Assembly: GCF_006345805.1 (NCBI RefSeq)
Contig: NW_021827402.1
Location: 1 to 10,535, forward strand
Direction: 5' to 3'
From: Octopus sinensis
Lineage: Eukaryota
DNA: 10,535 bases
The notes below the pieces were generated by a model. It saw only the letters and a list, made by a program, of their open reading frames with translations. It was not told the DNA's origin and ran no database searches. Made by a program: the position numbers and the translations under genes. Shown here piece after piece: positions 1 to 6,900 of the stretch (its first letter is position 1; the number at the start of each line of letters is the position of its first letter).

Positions 1-178
1 TAGCATTGATATTCAATCCCGCAGCTTGGCTGTGATACTCAGGTGTGTATGTGGTGTGTGTGTGTTGTGTGTGTGTGCGGCTGTTTAGGGCTTAGGTGTG
101 TTCCTATGTGTTTGTACATAAATATACATCTAACGTACATATAAACATGAAGTTAGAGAATTGAATAACATGTACTAG

Positions 179-290
179 CACACACATCCACACACACACA
201 CGCACACACACACACACGTACACTCATACTCACACACACACACACACACGTACACCTATACACATACACATACACAAACACAAACACAGT
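179..290. repeat. Imperfect (CA)n microsatellite
   Basis: CA dinucleotide run with interruptions (cgta, cata). Confidence 0.9.
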
Positions 291-304
291 CATAAACAGG
301 CAAG

Positions 305-750
305 CACACGCCCGTACACATATACATACATATATACACACGCCCGTACACATATACATACATACATACACACGCCCGTACACATATACATACATACACA
401 CGCCCGTACACATATACATACATATATACACACGCCCGTACACATATACATACATATATACACACGCCAGTACACATATACATACATATATACACACGCC
501 CGTACACATATACATACATACATACACGCGCCAGTACACATATACATACATATATACACACGCCCGTACACATATACATACATACATACACACGCCCGTA
601 CACATATACATACACATATACACACGCCCGTACACATATACATACATATATATATACACACGCCCGTACACATATACATGCATATATATATACACACGCC
701 CGTACACATATACATACATATATACACACGCCCGTACACATATATACACG
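305..750 (+). repeat. Minisatellite, 14 copies of a ~32-bp unit cacacgcccgtacacatatacatacatatata
   Basis: Core cgcc(c/a)gtac starts at 309, 341, 373, 401, 433, 465, 497, 529, 561, 593, 625, 661, 697 and 729. Spacings are 32 bp except one of 28 and two of 36. Confidence 0.95.
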
Positions 751-822
751 AACGTGTCTTAAGGTGCAGAATTAATATGTACAAGCGCGGACGTAAAAAC
801 ACGCACTCACTCTGGCCTCGTT

Positions 823-920
<98 letters not shown>

Positions 921-928
921 ACGCACGC
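823..928. repeat. (CA)n followed by (CACG)n microsatellite
   Basis: Direct inspection. Confidence 0.95.
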
Positions 929-1178
929 ATGAATCTGGGTCCCAGCTATTGGTTAACAAGCATGTGAATCACTGAGAATGAAGGACCCCTAATTCTCTTT
1001 AGAACTTGCTTCTATTCTTTTATTTGTTTCAGTCATTTGACTGCGGCGATGCTGGAGCACCGCCTTAAAGGGTTTTAGTCGAGAAAAACCGACCCCGGGG
1101 CTTATTCTTTGTAAGCCTAGTACTTATACTATCGGTCTCTTTTGCTGAGTCGCTAAGTTACGGGGGTCATAAATACGT

Positions 1179-1223
<45 letters not shown>

Positions 1224-1313
1224 AAGGGAAAGTTTACGGAAATAAACAAAAGACGAAGACAGGTGGTGTACAAAACAAATGTATTAGTATAGCGCTCAGG
1301 AAATTGAAAAAGT

Positions 1314-1349
1314 CTTTTCCGTTTCGAGCCTACGCTCTTCTACAGAAAG
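1314..1349 (-). ncRNA. Hammerhead-like motif, left-arm copy, probably inactive (cleavage-site U16.1 replaced by G)
   Basis: Minus strand reads cttt-CTGTAGA-A-gagc-gtag-gctc-GAAA-CGGA-aaag, i.e. GAAACGGA instead of GAAACGTA. Confidence 0.4.
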
Positions 1350-1410
1350 GTACACAGAAAAAACAAGGAGAGAAACAAGAAGAGAAAAAAATGTGTGTAG
1401 TGGTTAACGA

Positions 1411-1449
<39 letters not shown>

Positions 1450-1496
1450 TTCATACTTTCCACACTTTCCTGTTCTCTCCTTGTTTTTTCTGTGTA

Positions 1497-1534
1497 TCTT
1501 TCTGTAGAAGAGCGTAGGCTCGAAACGTAAAAGA
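1497..1534 (+). ncRNA. Minimal type I hammerhead ribozyme-like motif with variant core (CUGUAGA plus extra A)
   Basis: Stem I tcttt(1497-1501)/aaaga(1530-1534); core CTGTAGA 1502-1508; extra A 1509; stem II gagc/gctc with gtag loop (1510-1521); GAAA 1522-1525; palindromic ACGT helix III; predicted cleavage after GUA at 1529. A6 is U, a deviation from CUGANGA. Confidence 0.55.
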
Positions 1535-1621
1535 CTTTTCTATTCCTGAGCGCTATACTAATACATTTGGTTTGTTTGTACTCCACCTGCCTTCGTCTTT
1601 TGCTTATTTTCGTAACTTTCC

Positions 1622-1624
<3 letters not shown>

Positions 1625-1678
<54 letters not shown>
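1625..1678. repeat. (TA)27 microsatellite
   Basis: Direct inspection. Confidence 0.97.
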
Positions 1679-1681
<3 letters not shown>

Positions 1682-2023
1682 GATAGGCTTCTTTCAGTTT
1701 TCCGTCGACCAAATCCACTCACAAGGCTTGGTGGGCACGAAGCTATAGAAGAAGATACTTGCCTAAGGTGCTTCACAATGGGATTGAAACCGAATTTATG
1801 TGGTTGGGAAGCAAGCTTCTTACCACACAGCCACGGCTGCACCTATTAAAAAAGAAGTTAAAAAAAACCCTGATGTGTAGTTGGTTTCTGGTTACCTCTG
1901 TCGTCCCATTGATGTTGCCGCAAAAACAAATCCACGCACAGGAACTTCTTAGACTCTCAGAACGTTTGCACGGACTTGCTGAGTTTAGGAAGTGGTCTTA
2001 CACGGTCAGTAGTTGACTTCAAC

Positions 2024-2067
2024 CATATACGTATGTATATGTATGTAGATGTATGTATATGTATGTG
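2024..2067. repeat. (GTAT)n-type tetranucleotide repeat
   Basis: Direct inspection. Confidence 0.85.
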
Positions 2068-2692
2068 AAGGCGCATGTCTCAGTGGTTAGAGCGTCGAGG
2101 TTGTGAGTTCGAATCTCGGACCGGTCTGCGTGTTGTGTTCTTGAGCAAGACACTTTATTTCACGTTGCTCCAGTTCACTCAGCTGTAGAAATGAGTTGCG
2201 ACGTCACAGATACCAAGCTGTATCGGCCTTTGCATTTCCCTTGGACAACATTTATGGCGTGGAGAGGGGAGGCCGGTTCCTTCCTTCTCCAGTCATTCCT
2301 GGCTTATAAGGGCCGGTTTCCCGGTTTCTTGGCGTATAGGTCCCCCACCTGGACGGGACGCCGGTCCGTTGCACGTAAGCTGCAAGATGCAGGAGGAAAG
2401 AGTGAGAGAAAGTTGTGGCGAAAGAGTCAGCAGAAGTTCGCCATTACCTTCTGCCGTCGCCGGGTGGGGCTTAGGTGTTTCGCTCATAAACACACACATC
2501 GCCCGGTCTGAGATTCGAACCTGCGATCCCTCGACCGCGAGTCCGCAGCTCTCACCACAATGCCATGTGCCGGTGTGCATGGGCGACTGCTGGTCTTCTA
2601 TAAACAACCTTGCCCGGACTTGTGCCTGGGAGGGTAACTTTCTAGGTGCAATCCCATGGTCAGCCATGATCGAAGGGGGTCTCAAAAAAAAA
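2068..2692 (+). mobile_element. tRNA-derived SINE family C (CORE-like segment after the head), interrupted by family D at 2278-2568
   Basis: A-box-like tgtctcagtggtt and B-box-like gagttcgaatc, then cttgagcaagacactttatttcacgttgctccagttcactcagctgtagaaatg. Colinear with the reverse complement of 8808-9134 once the insert is removed. Ends gaagggggtctc plus A9. Confidence 0.85.
2278..2568 (-). mobile_element. tRNA-derived SINE family D, near full length, nested in family C
   Basis: Minus strand: acatggcattgtggtgagagc (A-box-like), gcaggttcgaatctc (B box), later ggaccggcgtcccgtccagg and a gaaggaagga tail. Flanked by duplicated gccggt (2272-2277, 2569-2574). Confidence 0.85.
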
Positions 2693-2722
2693 TGTATGTA
2701 TGCATGTATATATATATTCATA

Positions 2723-2730
2723 CGCGCGCG

Positions 2731-2763
<33 letters not shown>

Positions 2764-3046
2764 CCCACACACACCCCCCACACCACCCCCACACCACACC
2801 CCACACACACACACACACCCCACACACCCCCACACACACCACACACACCCCACACACACCCCACACACACCCCATCACACACACACCCCATCACACCCAC
2901 ACACACACCCCACACACCACACCCCACACACACACACCCCCCATACACACACACACACCCCACACGCACACACACCACCACCCCCCACCACCACACACCC
3001 CACACACACATGGCACCACACCACAACCACACCCCACACACACATG
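2723..3046. repeat. (CG)8(CA)12 followed by CA/CCA-rich low-complexity tract
   Basis: Direct inspection. Confidence 0.9.
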
Positions 3047-3156
3047 CACAGGATATATTCAATATGTTATGGCTGCATAGTCCCATAAGATAAGTCAATG
3101 ATTTTAAGTTTCATGTCAATCGTCGCCAGGTGGATGAACGATGGATACGTGCAATT

Positions 3157-3426
3157 GTGTGTGTCTGTGCATGTATTTGTGTGTGCGTATGTGTGTGCGT
3201 GTGTACGTGTGTGTACGTGTGTATGTGTGTATGTGTGTATGTGTATATGTGAGTGTATGTGTTTGTGAGTGTGTTTGTGTGTCTGTATGTGTGTGCCTGT
3301 GTATGTGTTGGTGTGTGTGTGTGCGTATGTGTTTGTGTGTGTGTGTGTACGTGTGTGTATGTTTGTGCATCTATGTGTGTGTTTGTGTGTGTTTGTGTGT
3401 GTGTATGTTTGTGTGTGTGTTTTGTG

Positions 3427-3459
<33 letters not shown>

Positions 3460-3535
3460 CTGTATGTGCGTGTGTGTGTTTGTGCTGCGTGTATGTGTGT
3501 GTTTGTGTGTGTTTGCGTGCGTGCGTGCGTATGTG
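3157..3535. repeat. Degenerate (TG)n tract
   Basis: Direct inspection. Confidence 0.9.
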
Positions 3536-3598
3536 TAGCGGCTAGTCAGCGCTTATTTAAATAAGCCAGATTTTCGTTGCACTAGATAACACCACCCG

Positions 3599-3619
3599 CA
3601 TCATCATCATCATCATCAT

Positions 3620-3650
<31 letters not shown>

Positions 3651-3805
3651 TTCATCATCATCATCAACATCGCCGTCTGTTTCGTTGTCGTCGTCTTCAT
3701 CATCACCATCGTCATCTCTATCACTGCTATGTAATGGTGACGGTGGTAGCAGCGACGGGCGTGATGGAGGTGATGATGGTCATGGCGGGGGAGGTGGTCA
3801 TGATG
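3599..3805. repeat. (CAT)n-rich tract (3599-~3720) followed by (GAT/GGT)n-rich tract (~3733-3805)
   Basis: Direct inspection. Confidence 0.85.
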
Positions 3806-3963
3806 GGATATCAACCAAACAGAGACAATTTATAAAGAACACCACACCCCAACTGTCTTCTATACATAATAAACATACAAGAAAATTTCTATAGAAGGAG
3901 CGTGTCTTTAAAAAAAATCTATGGAAGGCAATGCGTACAATTAATCTTTCATTCCTTCAGGCC

Positions 3964-4102
3964 CTTTACTTTCCGACTCCAAATCAGCCAAGGTGGTTAA
4001 CTTTGGCATTCGTCCCTCTGGGGCTGACAAAAAAAATGAAGTGCCAGTCAAGTACTGGGGTCGACTGGTCATGTACCTAAACTAGTAACAATTATTATTA
4101 TT
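3964..4102 (+). mobile_element. Degenerate SINE family B body with remnant (ATT)4 tail
   Basis: ctttactttccgactccaaatcagccaagg..aactttggcattcgtccctctggggctgac..aagtgccagtcaagtactggggtcgac aligns with the reverse complement of the 184-bp unit at 8281-8648 (ttacgttctgagttcaaattccgccgaggtcgactttgcctttcatcc..ggggtcgat). Confidence 0.65.
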
Positions 4103-4644
4103 GAGTGAGCGAGCAGAGCATGCCATCAAAGTGACACTGGGGTAAAATATACGAAGCCCAGTATACCCATCATGACTACCCGTCTGATAAGGGTACACCA
4201 GGCACATGCATCACAACCATATGTGCACGACATGGTGATCTCATATCAAGATAAACAGCACATGACCTTGCAGGTGGGGCCCAGTTAGAATTTTCTTCAG
4301 ATCGAGTAACCCATCCCGCTCAAACGGTCCCTGATAAGGGTTGTTTAAGGACGTTGACGAAACACCCATGTTTCCAGAGGTGAATTATTCAAACCCCAAA
4401 GAATCCTTCTCACACATGGCTATGATGCTCCCCCACTACTTCTGCTCGTGACCAGAGATGCACATATCGTCAGCCACTAAGGGACATGCTCAACTGGTTA
4501 AGGTCAAACAACTGACAAGCAAATCTGTGGTATTGAGCAGAATATTTGCTGTAGCCCATCTTTTATACCAAAACAAAACAATGTACATGATAACACTTCC
4601 AATCAGTTAAGATCAGAAGCCATGAGAGCCACTGCCTGGTACTG

Positions 4645-4645
<1 letters not shown>
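4103..4645. mobile_element. 543-bp non-coding element bounded by (ATT)n on both sides, family unassigned
   Basis: Complex sequence with no long ORF or tRNA head, with sharp boundaries at (att)4 4091-4102 and (att)19 4646-4702. It resembles an interspersed repeat I recall from octopus DNA; not verified. Confidence 0.55.

Positions 4646-4703
<58 letters not shown>
4646..4703. repeat. (ATT)19 microsatellite
   Basis: Direct inspection. Confidence 0.97.
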
Positions 4704-4704
<1 letters not shown>

Positions 4705-5046
4705 AATAAAACATAAATAAATAAGAATGCATTTACATGCGAAGGCGTTTACGTAAGATATATGATGAACTTAGCTTTGACCTTTTGTAATTCCCTTATT
4801 TTGGGGCTTCCACGTGTTTGCTCCTTTTTGATATCATTCCAAGTGTTCCAATAAAAATAGGTGATGTTGTTGCTTTAAGGTGTCACATTCTTCTGATTTC
4901 TTATTCCGAGTTTTCTGAATTATTCAAACGTTTTCAGGGACGTGATTTTGTCAGCCGGGGTTGCAGCGTCCATCAAAGGACATGTCTTTCCAGCATGATT
5001 TTTCACATTGATACCTGGTTGCTTATTTCCAAATTTCAGAATAAGC
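4704..5046 (-). mobile_element. Degenerate R4/Dong-clade non-LTR retrotransposon 3' fragment (restriction-like endonuclease C-terminus), lineage 2
   Basis: Minus-strand translation across stops and frameshifts: KQPGINVKNHAGKTCPLMDAATPADKITSLKTFE*..LGI/EIRRM*HLKATTSPIFIGTLGMISK../GSPKIRELQKV../SYILRKRLRM* (stop 4733-4735). This parallels the better-preserved copy at 5306-5676. Confidence 0.75.
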
Positions 5047-5057
5047 ATTATTATTAA

Positions 5058-5112
<55 letters not shown>
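5047..5112. repeat. (ATT)22 microsatellite with one aat variant
   Basis: Direct inspection. Confidence 0.97.
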
Positions 5113-5676
5113 TTATATTTGAGTTTTGCTTTGCATTTGTACAATTTGGCTCCAAGTCTCACCCAGAGATCTCAAGAGACAACAAGTTAGAAGTTCATGT
5201 TGTTATTATGCCTAGGGTGCCATACATTGGGTTTTATACAGTGTTGTTCTAGAGAATGTTTAAGATGCCATAAGAAAATTATGTGTTTGTTTTAAAATTT
5301 GTGGATTACCTAGAAAGTATTTTGCGTAGGATATGTGCAGTTCCCATGAGCATTATCTTTTGAATTTCTGCCATTTGGGGTTTCCAGGTATCTGAGTTAG
5401 GTAGCAATCAGCCCCTTTTGCTATCATTTCCAGGGTACCTATGACAACAGTGTTTGTTTTAGTCTTCAGGTTCCACATTTTGCTAATTTCTATTCCAAGA
5501 TCTTTGTACTTGCTCAGTTTTTGGTAGGTTTTGTCAGATACGTATAAATCGATTGGGACAGTCATATCAATGAGGAAGCATGATTTTTGTCGGAAGTCTT
5601 TTAATATGATGTCTGGCCTATTTTCATCTATCTTTCTGTCAGTTTGAATGGTGAAGTTCCAGAGGAGTGAGATGTG
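5113..5676 (-). mobile_element. 5'-truncated R4/Dong-clade non-LTR retrotransposon (PD-(D/E)xK-type endonuclease C-terminus plus ~190-nt 3' UTR), lineage 1
   Basis: HISLLWNFTIQTDRKIDENRPDIILKDFRQKSCFLIDMTVP..KTYQKLSKYKDLGIEISKMWNLKTKTNTVVIGTLEMIAKG..IPGNP, then a 1-nt frameshift near 5372 restores MAEIQKIMLMGTAHILRKILSR* (stop 5306-5308). The RPDI..LID..VP..K..KY..L signature is typical of the R4/Dong endonuclease. (AAT)n abuts both ends. Confidence 0.9.
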
Positions 5677-5741
<65 letters not shown>

Positions 5742-5745
5742 CATT
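5677..5745. repeat. (ATT)n microsatellite
   Basis: Direct inspection; it produces the poly-Asn in ORF 5353..5823. Confidence 0.97.
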
Positions 5746-6064
5746 AAGGCGGCGAGCTGGCAGAATCGTTAGCATGGTGAGCAAAATGGATTTAGTGGAC
5801 AGAAACTGACAGAAACCCGTCATATAGATCTATACATCTATGTGTGTGCGCATTTGTGTCTGTGTTTCTCCCCTACAACTACCCAACCGGTGTTGGTGTG
5901 TTTACGTCCACTTAACTAACCGGTTCGGCAAAAAGACCAATAGAATAAATACCAGACTTAGAAAAATAAGTATTGGGGTTGATTCATTAGACTACAATTT
6001 CTTCAATGCTGTACTCCAGCATGGCCGCAGTCTAAACACTAAAACAGGTAAAAGATAAAAGATA
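5746..6064 (+). mobile_element. Chimeric SINE: ~43-nt head (probably family B) fused to a diverged family A body and tail
   Basis: 5746-5788 aaggcggcgagctggcagaatcgttagc..aaaatg is A-box-like and unlike the family A head. From 5789, gatttagtggacagaaactgacagaaacccgtc matches family A gatttggtagacggaaactgaaagaagcctgtc and continues to a taaaagataaaagata tail. Assigning the head to family B relies on recall of octopus repeats. Confidence 0.65.
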
Positions 6065-6287
6065 CTTATCAATAGAATATAGTATTTCCTTGTTTTCCTT
6101 TTAAATCTATAATGACAATGTCTGGTTATTGCGCATTAACTTTCTCCTAAGTTTATACAAGTGAGTTCCAATTCATTATTTGGTATATTTTGCCTTCGTT
6201 AACAATTGTTGTTGACGAATGTTGTATGTGTATAAGTACGTATATCTTAATTGTCAAGTATTTATATATTTACCTAGCGAATGTAGC

Positions 6288-6552
6288 TACATAGATATGC
6301 ACATGCAAATATAAATATAAGTACTTATATATACATACGTACATGCATATACATACAAACATATGCATACATGCATACATTCATACTGACATACATGTAT
6401 GTCTGTGTATATATACATACATACATTTATATATATATATATATATATACATAAATGCATATACATATATATATGTGTGTGTATTTGTATATATAAATAT
6501 GCATATATATATATGCATACATATACACATACATATATACACACACACACAC

Positions 6553-6591
<39 letters not shown>

Positions 6592-6660
6592 GTATATACA
6601 TACACACACATACATATACACACACATTCATGTATATATGTGTGTGTATATTATGTGTAG
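6288..6660. repeat. Mixed (TA)/(CA)/(TG) low-complexity tract
   Basis: Direct inspection. Confidence 0.9.
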
Positions 6661-6716
6661 ATATTAGATAAGGTTTGACCTTGTGTAACTACAAAAACAA
6701 TTATTTATTTATATAT

Positions 6717-6760
6717 TCATCATCATCATCATCATCATCACCATCGTCATCATTATCATT
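6717..6760. repeat. (CAT)n microsatellite
   Basis: Direct inspection. Confidence 0.9.
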
Positions 6761-6848
6761 TATATATCTTTTAAGTTTTCTCACAACTCGAGAGTGTTTA
6801 CCTCTGTGTATCTTGGGTACGTAAAGAATTTTGCATTCATTTCGTCAG

Positions 6849-6900
6849 CAATCGAGTAAACACGAGTATATACGCAGAAGTGAAGCACTTGAAGAATCAG
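6849..6900 (+). CDS. Candidate 52-nt internal exon of an unidentified host gene
   Basis: Acceptor ttttgcattcatttcgtcag| and donor cag|gtatga. Two frames are open (QSSKHEYIRRSEALEES-g or c-NRVNTSIYAEVKHLKNQ). An overlapping minus-strand alternative exists at 6802-6917. Confidence 0.3.

Larger units (their letters stand above)
1223..1625. mobile_element. Foldback element: ~155-bp inverted arms (1223-1378 / 1471-1625) around a (CT)n(TA)n core, flanked by (TA)n; probable Penelope-like terminal-repeat derivative
   Basis: Left arm aaagggaaagtttacggaaataaacaaaagacgaag...ggagagaaaca is the reverse complement of 1471-1625, at roughly 90% identity by eye. Both arms carry a hammerhead-like motif. Confidence 0.8.
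1010..1844 (-). mobile_element. tRNA-derived SINE family A, diverged copy split by an insertion in its internal microsatellite
   Basis: 1679-1844 matches the 5' half, and 1010-1182 the 3' half (tttcagtcatttgactgcggc..gctggagcaccgcc..gtaagcctagtactta), of the intact family A copies at 7026-7441 and 9682-10112. Confidence 0.85.

Noticed and set aside
84-96. Telomere-like ttagggcttagg
   Set aside because: Only about two imperfect units; expected by chance.
305-750. CRISPR-like regular ~32-bp periodicity
   Set aside because: The 'spacers' are near-identical simple repeats rather than unique sequences; eukaryotic context; no cas genes.
153-932. Long ORFs (198, 161, 170 and 84 aa) rich in V/C/Y/M or H/T
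   Set aside because: Translations of CA/TA microsatellites and the minisatellite, which lack stops by composition.
2068-2125. Possible tRNA genes at SINE heads (also 2490-2568, 7026-7095, 9060-9134, 10040-10112)
   Set aside because: A and B boxes are present, but there is no complete cloverleaf or acceptor stem and each continues into a SINE body.
2191-3545. ORFs of 74-239 aa on both strands
   Set aside because: They run through SINE C/D sequence and CA/TG tracts, with no protein-like composition.
3557-3894. Poly-His/Met/Ser/Gly ORFs
   Set aside because: Products of (CAT)n and (GAT/GGT)n repeats.
3940-3992. Strong acceptor ttaatctttcattccttcag followed by aag|gtggtt
   Set aside because: The downstream sequence is a decayed family B SINE and the donor is poor; exonisation is unsupported without RNA data.
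4325-4480. Hammerhead-like words in the 543-bp element (ctgataag..gaaac on plus; ctgacga on minus)
   Set aside because: The plus motif lacks CUGANGA; the minus motif has no properly placed stem II plus GAAA.
5353-5823. 156-aa ORF as an intact gene with poly-Asn
   Set aside because: The N-terminus comes from a SINE and the (ATT)n tract. Only 5676 downward is LINE-derived, and it is truncated and frameshifted.
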